A stretch of 64,000 bases of DNA from Octopus vulgaris (GCA_951406725.2 OX597826.1:79484001-79548000); one strand, 5' to 3'. Shown: positions 25,312-40,087, numbered from the stretch's first letter. A program made the numbers and translations. Notes: generated from the sequence alone by a model not told the origin.

Positions 25312-28300
25312 TGATACTTTATCAGATAACACTAGAAGGCCCGTTCTATAAAACCGTCTAGGAAATAATGGAAACTAAACTGATTTAACATTGATAAATG
25401 TTGCAAGTTCATGAGCAGCATGGCTACCGTATTTTGCCAGAATTTGCATACATGTCATGAACATACTATAGTCGTCGTTCAGATATGGCTTAAATTACCA
25501 GTGTGGTGCCATCAAAATCTAGATAATTTGCTAGCAATAATCACAAACGTTAATATATGATCCCTATGAATAAATATATGGTTTAAAAATGTTGAGGCAG
25601 AAGATAATCTATCTAGTGAAAGCATGATAATCTAGTGATGGACAGTAAAGATTACTCTGCTGATAAAAGGAAACTCTATGCCTGCCATGTTAATTCGCTT
25701 GATACTGAGTATCAAAGTATATAACAAGTAACGCAAACGTCTGCCGTAACGTCTGATTTAACGACTGCTTTACCGTCTGCTTTTTTTTGAATGTCATCAT
25801 GATATTATCTTCTTATGCGAAATGATATGATAGTAAAAAAACGAAAAAAGCCCCACATTAGAACAGAAAACAAATCGGAATAATTATGTTCAAAGTCATT
25901 TATGGAGAAGAAAGACTGAGCATCGGTGTTATTGAATGTATATGATAATTAGTAGTCGGGAAAACAAAGGACAGATTACAAACAATGAGAATGAAATAAT
26001 AAAAGAACAGTTATCTTTGTATCAATCAGAAAATAAAAGAAAAATACTAACAAAGAGAAATGTCTGTAGTATGGTTTGTCAATTAGCTGTACAACTAATG
26101 TAAATATGACATCAAACGCCGACAAGAAAGCCAGCTCTGTGCGTACATAATTCACGATATGCATCTAATTCAGTGTTAACTTCTAAGCTCATAATCATTG
26201 ATGGATTTCGATGTGCAACGATATTAAGAGACATTTAAATTATAAACGGGGTCTCCAATGAAACAAAGTCGATTAACTTTTCTGTGTGGCCATTGCAGTG
26301 CATTCATGACAAGAAAAACAAATGGAAAAGACAAAACGGAAATTGAACAAATTCGTTTATGCTGTCTTTCGTTTAATGAAATTTAATATGAGATTTGCCC
26401 TCATACTGAAGTGAATTCTTATCTACAGACATTGGTACAATATGCAATGGAAGACTTGGGTAGCTGATACAATTGTGAATATAAGCATCAACACAATCAT
26501 ATATATTCATAAAAGCGAGCAAAAATTTCGTATGATTCACATACTCCTACACACACAATGCACCGTCATAAATATAACATACATACACACATAAGAACAT
26601 TTATGTATGAAACCTAACTCATGATACTTTGTTCAGTGTTAGATCAAGGAACTGTCGACTGTTCTGACCAACTGTTTCTCCTGTGTGGTGTGCTCTCCCT
26701 TCAGTCAAATCTATGACTGTCAGCCTGGGCAGCAAACCTGCTACATAGAATTTGTATGAAGCTCATGGGTATGAATTTTTCATCCCAAAATCTGATACAG
26801 AGTGATTGTACTTAGAGAGAAGAAAGAGAAATAGGGTATAAAATATCTACTGTTCATGTCTCATCAACATTTTCAGTTACAACTCATATATACAACTGCC
26901 GTCCAGCTAACTGTAAACAGGTACCATGTGAAGGTAAGAATCATCCTATCGTTTAAAACTACACATTTTAGACAATGGGTGATTTGTGTAATTGATAAGT
27001 ATTTTTTCCGACATGTTAGCGATTCTGCCGGCTCAACGCCTTATTCAACCGTTCCAAATAAGTCACATTCGGTGCTCTTAATTTTGTATCACCGCCGCAA
27101 ATTTTGATAGAGTGTCTGTCAATCATAAACTACATTTCAAGTTATCACCCTTCAAAAGAGCCAATTGAATTTAAACACGTAGAATCGTGGATGCTTCTAC
27201 AAATTCACAATGAAGCTGTGGCAGCATTTTAAAAATCACAATTTTTACAACTGAAAATGACGTCCAACTAGACGTTACATTCAGTTTTACTTCAATTCAG
27301 TTTAGCTTGAGAAAATAACCCCAGTAGCAGCAGCAGCAGGCCGAAAGCATAAGGCCCTCGCCTGCTGGATTTTAATGATGTGCCTATTGCCGACCCAATT
27401 AACTCTTAAGTATTATTAGTTCACCACCCTTTAATTAGGTGTCATTCACTAATATTGCCAACTCAATTAAACAGCAGGACTCCAAGCGAGTGTCATTGAT
27501 ATTAATCTTGGAGTGCAGAAGAATAGGAACCTTTCTAAAACTGTGTGACCCTTGCCAAGGTTAAAAACTGTAACATAAATTAAACGAAATTACTTCACTC
27601 GGGATGTCTCAACAAAAAGGTACCGCCTGAAGTGCATCATTTAAAGTCAGCAATTAATTATAATTATCTGAATCAAGTGTTGCCTCATAGCAATAATAGG
27701 TAATGATCTCATTATCTCTCTTTAACTCCCTCTCTCCTCTCTCTTTCCCTCAACCTCTCTCTCTTCAGACAAGAAGGCAAAAACAATAATTATAAATGAC
27801 GGTTAACTGAGTGAGCTTGCATAATTTATGAGATTGATATTCTTAATGGTTTTATTTCAATTAATCTCATTTGCATACTTCCATTTTGATATCAAATTTA
27901 TTCAATAACATTATCAATGTTAAGTTTCCGATAGCCATCTCGAAGAAAAAAGATGGAGCGGATGTTTTACTGTTCTTACAGAGTTGGAGCGTCGGAATAC
28001 TGGAGAAAACAAAGACGAGAAACATACTGAATTTGATCCAATATATTATTAGTATTGCTATTAGGGATTTCAGCTTCCAATCGACTAAAGCATCTTAAAA
28101 TAGGATTTGTTCTTAATAATAATAATAATATTGAATAAAGCATACGTATCTTCCCCACTGGACGAAGTTATGACAAGGAAGATATATTTTCTTCATCATA
28201 TTTGGTGGGATTAGAAATTTGAATTTGAAATTAAGAAATTATAAGGAAAAAGGTGTATAAAATCCACATATTTAATGTTTTTGTTTACTTATTTCGAAGT

Positions 28301-28633
28301 TCTTAAAAATTCCCATCAGTGCTAATCCCGTGCAGCACTATTTTATTCTTTTTCGAAATCGTCATCATGATACAACTTGTAAATTATTATTATGGAATTA
28401 TTTTGTTATTGCTCTGGACGTTGTTCTTTAACTTCACAACCATGACCGAGAAGATCAAACCCGTTCCAGACAGAGCCCTCATCTTTTTTTCTAAGGACCA
28501 TCCGTGGGCCTATATTATCTAATGTGTCTCTTATCTAAGATCGTTGTGTGTTGTTTGAGATAAACTTGTTTCATTTTGAGCGAAAGCGCACAGACTCCAT
28601 AATGTGTATTTTTGAAATGAAGATGTTTATTTG

Positions 28634-29052
<419 letters not shown>

Positions 29053-29872
29053 AAACATGTGCATGTATGTGTGAATATACACGTGTATGTGTGTTCGTGT
29101 GTGTGTGCGTGTGCAGATGCTGTGTGTATAACTTGTTCGTTTATCTGAGTGAGACATGTCTACATCGACAGTGTTCCGTAAGAAAATCCATTGATTCATT
29201 AGAAATCTATTGATAATATCATTAGAATCAGAAACCAACTCCTTTCCAAACGATCTCATCTTCTCTTCGTATGTTCATTATGTTTAGTTCAACAATTGCA
29301 ATTCCCCCCGCCCCCCGCCCCGCTCAACCCCCACCCCCCATACACAAAATCACAGATCCTGCAGCATTTCCTGTTTATTTTCTGCCCCACTTGTATATTT
29401 TGAAATATATGGAAGAAACGTCTTTAAGCCCGATTCACTACACAATACCAGCTTCTTTCGCATCCATTATCCTTGATAGTTGCAACAATAACGTTGATTT
29501 CATTATTTATTTCAAACGCGGAAGATTCTCGTTGCGTTCACCAAAATGAGACAGCGGACACGAGCTTATTGATTCGAGAAACAATGGCAGCATCTCTCTT
29601 ATGTAGACAATTTCCTTTTAGATTTCATATCTTTTGTTTGGTCTTTCTGTTAATAGCACAACCCCACCACCAAACACCTAAAATACCATAGGGATATACA
29701 TGAATTAATTGATAAGTCAAGTAGTTGGAATCGGTATTAAAACTTTGGTTTCTGGAGAATCTTAGCTTTTCTCTGAGTATCCTCAATCAAACTTGTCACA
29801 GACTGACAAGTTTCGGAAAAACATACTTCACTGAATAAGCTTGGTAAGACGTGCTTACATAAGGAACACGAA

Positions 29873-30802
<930 letters not shown>

Positions 30803-31269
30803 GCGTATGTGTGTGAATACACATGTATATGTATATATGTGTAGACACATTTATATATATATATATATGCACACACACATACACGCACACATATATCTGC
30901 ACACGCGCACAAAGGTATATGTATGCAAGTGAGCATGTATAACAGTATAAAATGCACATCAGTGACACAATTAGATTTAAACTTATACGAGACAAGTTCG
31001 AATCTTGTGATTTCTGGAACAGTTTTCCGATGAAGTCGCATGAAAACTTGAGATGAATGACTTCAAATTTAATTGTGACAGCTGGTATTTATTTTATTGC
31101 GATATATATACCAAAACAGGTGACAGGAAAATTATTTGGCAATGTTTATTCACCGTTACACGTGTTTCATTTGCTAATAGGAGTTACGAAATTGAACATG
31201 TAGGAACAACATATAAGAAATTCCCTATTAAAAATGCTTCAGACATAAAATCAAGCAATAATCAAATAA

Positions 31270-31317
<48 letters not shown>

Positions 31318-31440
31318 CGCAGGCGTGGCTGTGTGGTAAGAAGCTTGCTTCCCAATCACATGGCTCTGGTTTCCCAACCATATGGTTCTGGGTTCTCAAC
31401 CACATATCGCTGAGTACATATGCCTGAGGTGCCACGCAGT
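31318..31440 (+). mobile_element. SINE S1 head, rearranged
   Basis: CGCAGGCGTGGCTGTGTGGTAAGAAGCTTGCTTCCCAA with a locally repeated CCAACCA..TGG. Confidence 0.75.
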
Positions 31441-31448
31441 GACACCTT

Positions 31449-31596
31449 AACAAAACTGTCCGACGAACGGGAATGTGAAACTCCGAGTAACAGCTTTAGT
31501 TATATTTCTGTTCCTTTTAAATAAAGCATATTACTCTACTTCTGGTATTTGAGTACTCTTTTTTCAAACCTTGTTTCACATTTATGTGCTTACTCC

Positions 31597-31598
<2 letters not shown>
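31449..31598 (+). mobile_element. Family B short hammerhead element, copy B1 (HHR 31456-31493)
   Basis: CTGT-CCGACGA-ACG-GGAA-TGT-GAAA-CTC-C-GA-GTA-ACAG; ends TACTCCGG before (TA)n; homologous to 59433-59573. Confidence 0.82.
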
Positions 31599-31631
<33 letters not shown>

Positions 31632-32305
31632 GTGTGTATGTATATATATTGTATATTCTTTTATTCTTTTTTTTATCTTTTCTATTTTATCCAATCATTT
31701 GACTGTGGCCATGGTTTATGTATGTATATATGTATGTATAAGGGAACTATTGCATTTTGTAAGAAGTAGAATTTTATGAGTTTCTTTTAATTTACCCCAG
31801 GGAGAACATTAGCCGATTAAAGAAACCCACGTTGAATTAAACTGACGATAGAAACCGTATCTATCGGTGTTGAGGTTTATCGAGAGCCTACACATGGCTC
31901 AGTGGCACTTTCCACACAAATGAATGCCATGCTTATTTGTTTTTTTTTTTGAGATCGCATTATTGATTCTCCTTTCATATAAAAGCAGTAAATGTTGGAA
32001 TTCTCAGGGCGAAAATAAATAAGATCGAAGAGTGGTAAGCACGTACCTTTTCCATACATAAAATGTTACTTCTTTGGACACTGCAAATAAAAGAAAATAA
32101 AGAACCTGTTTTATAAGCTCCTCAATAACAATAAAAACACAAAAACGATACAGGAATATAACAGTTTATAACTGAATCAGAAGAGCGCCGGATTAAATGT
32201 CTCGCGGTATTTTATTATGGGACGAGTTTAAATGTCGCCGATTTCTTTAATCCTTAGTTGTCTAGTGAATTGTGGCACTCTCTCTGTTACGACGACGAGA
32301 GTTCC

Positions 32306-32454
32306 AATGTTTACATTATTTACATTTGATTGATATTTGTCTTCATCTTGTTTGTTGTTAACACAACGTTTCGGCTGATATACCCTCCAGCCTTCATCAG
32401 GTGTCTTGAGGAAATTTCGAACCTGGTTTCTCATTCCTAAGGTATTTTTCGATG
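32306..32454 (-). mobile_element. Family D element carrying an intact-core minimal hammerhead
   Basis: Contains the HHR at 32360-32405; abuts (GTT)/(ATT)n. Confidence 0.75.
32360..32405 (-). ncRNA. Minimal type-I hammerhead ribozyme motif, canonical core
   Basis: Minus strand: GACAC-CTGATGA-A-GGCTG-GAGGGTATAT-CAGCC-GAAA-C-GTT-GTGTT; 5-bp stem I, 5-bp stem II, loopless ACGU stem III. Confidence 0.85.
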
Positions 32455-32489
32455 TTGCTGTTGTTGTTGTTATTATTATTATTATTATT

Positions 32490-33017
32490 GAGTGAGTGAG
32501 CAGTGCATGCCATCAAAGTGACACTGGGGTAAAATATACGAAGCCCAGTATACCCATCATGACTACCCGTCTGATAAGGGTACACCAGGCACATGCATCA
32601 CAACCATATGTGCGCGACATGGTGATCTCATATCAAGATAAACAGCACATGACCTTGCAGGTGGAGCCCAGTTAGAATCTTCTTCAGATCGAGCAACCCA
32701 TCCCGCTCAAAAGGTCCCTGAATAAGGGTTGTTTAAGGACGTTGAACGAAACACCCATGTTTCCAGAGGTGAACCACTCAAACCCCAAAGAATCCTTCTC
32801 AACACATGGCTATGATGCTCCCCCACTACTTCTGCTCGTGATCAGAGATGCACATATCGTCAGCCACTGGTTAAGGTCAAACAACTGACAAGCAAATCTG
32901 TGGTATTGAGCAGAATATTTGCTGTAGCCCATCTTTTATACTAAGACAAAACAATGTACATGATAACACTTCCAATCAGTTAAGATCAGAAGCCATGAGA
33001 GCCACTGCCTGGTATTG

Positions 33018-33020
<3 letters not shown>
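32490..33020. mobile_element. About 530-bp non-coding insertion flanked on both sides by (ATT)n
   Basis: GC-richer block with sharp boundaries between two (ATT)n tracts; no long ORF. Confidence 0.65.
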
Positions 33021-33073
<53 letters not shown>

Positions 33074-33077
33074 CAAT

Positions 33078-33253
33078 CTCTTTACATCCCACAGGGCTCT
33101 AAACATAGAGGGAACACACAAGGACAGACATAGAGGGAACACACAAGGACAGACAAAGGGATTAAGTCGATTACATCGTAACTGGTACTTAATTTATCGA
33201 CCCCGAAAGGATGAAAAGCAAAGTCGACCTCGGCGGAATTTGAACTCAGTACA
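33078..33253 (-). mobile_element. SINE S2 3' part
   Basis: CTGGTACTTAATTTATCGACCCCGAAAGGATGAAAAGCAAAGTCGACCTCGGCGGAATTTGAACTCAG. Confidence 0.88.
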
Positions 33254-33419
33254 TAAAGACATGTATGTATGTATGTATGTATGTATGTATGTATGTATGT
33301 ATGTATGTATGTATGTATGTATGTATGTATGTATACATACATACGTATGTATGTATGTATGTATGTATGTATGTATGTATGTATGTATTGGCATTGAAAC
33401 TTTTAATTAATGAAGTTAT

Positions 33420-34040
33420 GTCTTAATTAAGCATTGAGTGCGGCAAACTAAACTTTCGCAACGTATTGTAAAGCAATTTACAAGAATTTAGGTGTAAAAT
33501 TATTTTGGAGCATTAGATCTTGCACAAAGGTTTTGGAAAAGTCCAAGAGTGTTACATTGATTCGCAGTATTCTTGCGCACTTTATACAAATTTGGATTTC
33601 AGTGAAGTGGAGGAAATAATTTCAAAAGCAAAACAGTATATATAGGGTGTTTGGAAACATGGATAAGATATAACAAGTATACATGTTAGACTAAGAACTA
33701 AAAGACGTTATTATATTTATTATCAATGACGCACACATAGCATTTGCAGATACGGTTTTCTAAAGGTAAATGGCATTCCTATGGGCGTTAACTGCATCCC
33801 GTTAGTTGCTAACTTGTATTTATCTTGATGTGAGTTCGATTTTCTTAGTAAATTTATGCCGACAGAAAAAAATATCTAAATTGCTGCAATTACATTGACG
33901 ATATTTTTCTTCCTAATTATAGTTCTTTAAACTTTTACTGAGTAGAATATATCCCAATGTTCTGGAGGCCAATAAAGATGGGCTGTCATAGGTGAAGTTG
34001 ATTAATTTGGACGTTACGGGGATATGTAGTAATAACAATG
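33420..34040 (+). pseudogene. Decayed Penelope-like element reverse transcriptase (Naiad-type motifs)
   Basis: Frameshifted translation YCKAIYKNLGVKLFWSI..VL / ALYTNL / GIPMGVNCIPLVANLYLS*CEFDF (33772ff) / YIDDIF (33891) / IYPNVLE, in correct RT motif order. Confidence 0.85.
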
Positions 34041-34218
34041 TTAGTTTGAAGTTTTGCACAAGGTCAACAATTTCGGGCGAGGAGTTCAGTCAATTACATC
34101 GATCCTAGCGTTCAGCTGGTACCTATTTTATCGACCCTCGAAAGGATGAAAGGCAAAATCGACTTTAATGGAATTTGAACTCAGAACGTAAAGACGAACG
34201 AAATACCGCTTAGCATTT
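34041..34218 (-). mobile_element. SINE S2, truncating the PLE RT
   Basis: GGATGAAAGGCAAAATCGAC...GAATTTGAACTCAGAACGTAAAGACG. Confidence 0.85.
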
Positions 34219-34414
34219 ATTACCATGCAGATATTTTAGAGAGGCTGATGATGATGATGTATGGCACAGTCGACTTTTTCTACATCAAGATGCATCATTC
34301 TCTCTTTTCTGATGAAGAATTTAGTAGTTATTTCAGCAGCTATCTAATCTTCGTGAATAGCAGGGACCTATGTCGTTGTATGTAGGAGCGATATAATGTA
34401 TCTTTTTTATTGCT

Positions 34415-34834
34415 TTATTTTTTTGTTTGTTTCAGTCATTTGACTGCGCCCGTGCTGGAGCACCGCCTTTAGTCGAGCAAATCGATCCCAGTACTTATTC
34501 TTTGTAAACCTAGTACTTATTATATCGGTCTCTTTTGCCGAACCGCTAAGTTACGGGGATGTAAACACACCAGCATCGGTTGTCAGGCGATGGTGGGGGA
34601 ACAAGCACAGACACACAAGCATTCATACACACACACACACACGCGAATACACACGTATATATATATATACGACGGGCTTCTTTCAGTTTCCGTCTACGTC
34701 TACCAAATCCACTCACAAAGCTTTGGTCCGCCCTAGGCTATAGTAGGAGACACTTGCCCAAGGTACCACGCAGTGGGACCGAACCCGGAACCATATAGTT
34801 GATAAACAAGCTAATTACCACACAGCCACTCCTG
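34415..34834 (-). mobile_element. SINE S1, full length
   Basis: Colinear with 1425-1837. Confidence 0.92.
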
Positions 34835-35504
34835 TACCTTTACGAGAAAAAGCTTTTCTTCCAGACCAGATTCGTGTGAATGCATGTCTGTATTTCTGTG
34901 TGTGTGCCTACATTGACGTGCGGTATTTTGCAGATGTGGGAAAATGCTTCGAAAAGAAACGCATTGTCTGAAAGTTACATTAGTGTTGTAATATAAAGTG
35001 TTTTAGTATCGCTACTTAACAGTAGTTCTATGGTAACTATCATTAAAAGATTGCAAGTAGAGGAATGACTACGGAAAAAAATTTTCAAACAACAGCAATG
35101 ACGACGACGCCGACGCCGACAACAACAGCATCATCGTCAGCAACAATAATTAAAGCAAGGAAAAGAAAAGAAATAGCGAGGATAATGTTAATAAGTAGAA
35201 TCTCAGAAACGCACTTATTATTACGGTAAACAAGGCAAGCCGCACGCTTTTAAGATATTTTTACATTTAAAGACTTTGCGATAATGTAAAACAACAACAA
35301 AAACACAAACGTATAAACAAAACAAAAAAAACAACATTTAGCAAATTTTTCAGCAAAATAACAACACACAAACATGTCCGCCATCATGAGAAACTCATTA
35401 CAGCAAAAATTTGAATGCTTTTTTTTAGTGATTTATTATGTTACAAAGATAGCTTAAATCATCATCATCATCATCATCATCATTATTATTATTATTATTA
35501 TTAC

Positions 35505-35543
<39 letters not shown>

Positions 35544-36061
35544 AAAGATATTACATACTAATTTAAATAGCAGGAAAGTGAAAGTTATGTTATTTTGAGA
35601 TTTGGGGACAACAAATTTTCTCAAATCTCAAGGAATCTTTCTTAGGACACTTGCATAATACAGGACTGCACCCGTCTGAGAGGCAATAATTAGCTTTCAC
35701 GCAATTCCCATCTACCAATTTCGCCCCCAAGGCTTCTTTTACTTGTCCAAGATTCTGCGCAATGGCACTGAACTGGGGAAAAACGTTGTCCCAAAGCGAT
35801 TTTCTGAACTACACAGCCACGCAAATGTCTTTGGGAAGTAATTCATCTCAGAAAAAATTAATTAAGCGTTCGAATCCTGTGAGGTTTCAATCAAGCGCTC
35901 ACATCTTGCATATCAAGTTTTTTTTTGCACTAACGCATACAAAAATGTGTGATTTCTGTAGTCTACGCCCGTACTGCAGATGAAAATGCTACTAATTAAT
36001 TAACGCTGGCATTAATTCATTTCGAGAAACACATACATACCTCACGGTAATTAACTTACCA

Positions 36062-36132
36062 ACATACATTCATACATACACACACACATACATACATACA
36101 TGCATGCATACATACATACATAGATAGATACA

Positions 36133-36166
<34 letters not shown>

Positions 36167-36526
36167 CATACATACATACATACATACCTACACACACATA
36201 CATACACAAATACATACATACACACACACTCACATACATACGTACATTCATGCATACAAACATATATACATACATAATATATATATACATACATATACAT
36301 ACATGAATGCATGCATACATACATATATACATACATGCATGCATACCTACATACATATATACATGCATACAAACACACATACATACATATATACATACAT
36401 ACATGCACACATACATACATAATACATACCTACATACATACATGCATACAAACACACATACATATATACATACGTACATACATGCAAACATACATACATG
36501 CACACATACACACATACATACACACT
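36062..36526. repeat. Degenerate (CATA)n array
   Basis: Direct inspection. Confidence 0.95.
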
Positions 36527-36544
36527 TAAACTAGTGTTTGTTTT

Positions 36545-36670
36545 TATGTTCAGTTATAATAGAAACAGCTGTACATTATTCTATATTTTGAGTTACTTTA
36601 TATTTTGTAGTGAATATCATTGACAGTAACTTCGAAGCTTCGGCCCGCCAAGCCATAGTCGGGCTGTACA
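36545..36670 (-). mobile_element. Family E short element, copy E1, degenerate hammerhead 36623-36667
   Basis: Minus strand: ACAGC-CCGACTA-TGGC..GCC-GAAG-CTTCGAAG-TT-ACTGT; homologous to 51725-51865. Confidence 0.6.
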
Positions 36671-36684
36671 TATGTACATATATA

Positions 36685-36907
36685 AAAGTGTATGACCCAG
36701 TGGTTAATGTGTTGCACTCACGATCGACAGACTCTGGCTTCAGTTTCCGAACAGTTCTGGGTGGTGTGATGTTTTCTGGAGCAAAGCACTTCATTTCCTG
36801 TTTCTCCAGTTCACTCAGCCGTAAATGGGTCACACTGTACCGGACAGCTATCACGGTCAAGGTAAACATTCCGGCCTCGGTCACTTTTACCCTAGGGAAA
36901 ACGAGAC
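36685..36907 (+). mobile_element. SINE S3, diverged
   Basis: TGACCCAGTGGTTAATGTG..CTCACGATC head; GAGCAAAGCACTTCATTTC..CTCCAGTTCACTCAGC. Confidence 0.7.
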
Positions 36908-36936
36908 ATTAGTCCCAGGTATCGAGAAAGAATTGT

Positions 36937-37098
36937 AGGAGTAGCTGTGTGGTAAGTAACTTGTTTACCAACCATATGGTTCCGGGTTCAGTCCCACTGC
37001 GTGGCACCCATGAGCAAGGGACTTCTACGATAGCCTCGGGTCGACCAAAGCCTTGTGAGAGAATTTGGTAGATGGAAACTGAAAGAAGCCCGTCGTGT
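36937..37098 (+). mobile_element. SINE S1 5' half
   Basis: GGAGTAGCTGTGTGGTAAG...GGTTCAGTCCCACTGCGTGGCACC. Confidence 0.88.
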
Positions 37099-37805
37099 TT
37101 ATATATATATTTGTGTATGTGTGTGCGTGCGTGTGCGTGCATGTGTGTATGTGTAGGGATACGTACATGTATACATATATATATAGATATTTATATTATA
37201 TGTATATATATACATCCACATTCATATTTTGTGTTTAAATACATGCATACATAAATACATATATTTACACTTATACACTCAAACTTACACACACACAAAT
37301 ACATGTATACATGGCGTTGATTTCTACTACTCTTGTTTTTCATACAAACCTGGTGAAAGAGGAGTGTCTCTTTGGAATAAACGCGAAAAAAAAAGCTGCC
37401 TCTTTAGGAAGTGATTAGCAGTAATGAATTAACGAAGTAAAATTGGTCAGAAATATTCGGATTGCTACTACATGCGCCATGGTGAAACAGAAATGAGGAC
37501 ATAAATTGCAGGATGTAGAGCTTTCAAGAGTAATTCCAGTGGACTGCTGGATTCAATCAAAACCTGTAGCAATTCCACAAAAAGCCCCAAAGATAGTATG
37601 TAAACGGGGAAGGGTTATTGGTTCGTAAAATATCCCAATTACTCGTATTTCAATGCAAAGCCGTTACACAAGGAAGTCCCGATCGTTGAGAAGAAATATG
37701 CGACTGGACGCAGCAAAATCACACACACACACACAGACACAGACACAGACACAGACACAGACACAGACACATATACACACACACACACACACAGAGACAC
37801 AGACA

Positions 37806-37846
<41 letters not shown>

Positions 37847-40087
37847 AATAAAAGGTGTCAATGGATCAGTAGAATCTTCCGTCTAGAATATTGCGAAGAA
37901 CCTGAACCGCAACCGAAGCAAGAACTCTAATGCTGAGATAGGACTGCTGTTACACGGATACGCAGTGACCTCTTATGAATAAACAGAAATGAATTGAGAA
38001 TATCAAGAAATTAAAATACAGTTTAAAGCAAGATTTCAGCAAAACTTTTCTCTTGGCATCGACAAAGCATAACATGTCGGAACAATTATGATAGAAGTGA
38101 ATATAATATCTGATGAATTGATAATATTCGCGCTTGACCAAGATGCTAAAGAACATCATGCATGAGCTGAAGTTCTTAACTTTTGGATGGTGTTTGTAAT
38201 TACCATTTGCCAAATGATGGGAATAACGGAGATCGAACCTGAAAATACGCAGCCAAATTGGATCATCTCTCTCCTGCAAAACATCGACAGATTGGGAAAA
38301 AATATCAGGCAACTGGATATTATCATGAAACGGAAACCAGAATAACTTCTTCACGAACCACCAGCTTCAACTTTTGTGTATGATATATTATTTAAGGGTG
38401 CAACTGATGAGAGATACTCACAAGGAAACCAATTCCCTTAAACATGAACAACGAATAACAAATCGAAATCTGCTTCATCCTATGGAAAGAACGTAACACT
38501 ATGAACCGCAGATTTGCACTAAAATCACACATGGTATATCACAACATAAAGGCCATGTGGGTTGGAACGAACCTTCTCCATTATGGTCAACTGTAATTTT
38601 GTTTCACGGGGAGAGGAAGTTGAAATGTAAATACATAGTAGAACCGCGATGCAATGCAGTTTATTGAACTACTGAGCGAAACTTTCATGACGATTGGTAC
38701 AAAACTGCCGAAGGAAAAACTAGTTAAGCAGACCTCATAGTTAGTTTTTGGCACAATAAACTCACGCTCTACAGGAAAAAAACAAACAAACTCTCATTTC
38801 TTTGTTTAAAAGAACAAAACAATGAATGCTGAACTCGATGTACCTGACTGGTCAAAAGCTGTAGGACAACATTCGTGCCTAAGGACGAAGAGACATAAGT
38901 GGCTTATAGTATGTTGAAATGGTATGTTTAAATGGTATGTTCCACATCTTTAAAAATAATATCGGTAGACAATTTTCCCCTCACTTCCCCCCTGCAAAAA
39001 CAGTAACCCGGTTTAAAAGCAATCCATTTAATACTGTTCTGAGACAGGGAACAAATATCGTGCGCTGTTATACAAGTTTGATGCCACGTTTCATCTAAAG
39101 TTGAGGAAAAGAAGCTTATAAGTAGAATTATGGAAGAACTTACACATTTCGTATTCGGGCTGTAGAATATCTTTAAACAACTTGAAAAACATCTAATATA
39201 ATTTGTTTCTTATAAAAATTACTTCTAAACAAAGGATTGAAAAAAATTCCAATTAAAGGTTTCGGATTGTCTAAATAAACCCATACATGGGAACTGCGTA
39301 GTTAGCATAATATTTCGTCGTAGAATCTTAACTTAGAATCAAATGGCTCCAGTCTCTGTAGATTAACAAAGGGTCTAAATTATGTGCTTTGTAATCAGCC
39401 CTAGCATCATTTCTCCGTCTGTTGCAATTAGTTGAACAGTTTGTTAACTAAAGATACCATGCTGTGAGTAAGTACATGGCGAGAGGAAGCTTTAACACGT
39501 GTTAAAAACACAAAGGAAACAGTATATTATCGATCGGTTTCTCATTCATGTAAAATCGTTACAAGAAAGAATTTGTTTCTGAGAGTTGTTGCTGCCGAAA
39601 AAACATTGGTTTCAAAATTTATGAGCTAGCATTATTTTCTTGGCAGTAACTAGGAAATTTCTGATAATCAAATCTTAACAACCTCTGCCTCTATGTTTGA
39701 TTTCGTTTAGTATCTGATTTATTTATGTACCGACATTCTTCCATACATGCATCTTGTAGTCAGTTCTTTCATTAATGAAACATTTCGATTCTTGTTTAAT
39801 TTGCTTCGTTTGATGCCATTTTTCTTTTGCTACGATCTCATGTTTGCTTCAACCGTTTCTTTTTGATTTCGCATGAACTCCAAATCAGAATGGAAGAAGG
39901 TTTCATTCAGTCCATTTCTGGTAGCTTTTATATTCTACTCAACCTGATGCAGAGGCTGCAGAAAAGTCACGTGAGCTGACACAGATACGCCAGTGCTGGA
40001 TGGTGAATTTTAGAGATGATGCTTTCCTCGATGTTATTGAAAAACTGTATTCACATCCCGTGTTACGGTTTGTCCTGTCTGAAGTTA

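Noticed and set aside
26620-26835. Possible minus-strand exon after a polypyrimidine tract and AG
   Set aside because: All three frames hit a stop within about 110 nt and there is no recognisable product; may be a decayed retroelement.
31835-31890. CTGACGATAGAAACCGTA hammerhead-like string
   Set aside because: No room for stem II and stem I is unsupported; may be a decayed PLE end but cannot be supported.
33820-33835. In-frame TGA in the Naiad-type RT as selenocysteine
   Set aside because: The fragment also has TAA stops and frameshifts, and no SECIS is evident; simple decay explains it.
38400-38440. CTGATGA-GAG-ATA-CTC...GGAAAC hammerhead-like string
   Set aside because: Five extra nucleotides before GAAA, no palindromic stem III and no stem I pairing.
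37890-39200. 134-aa ORF (37950-38354) or decayed LINE
   Set aside because: No recognisable protein motif; plus-strand LINE-like hints are too weak and out of order to call.
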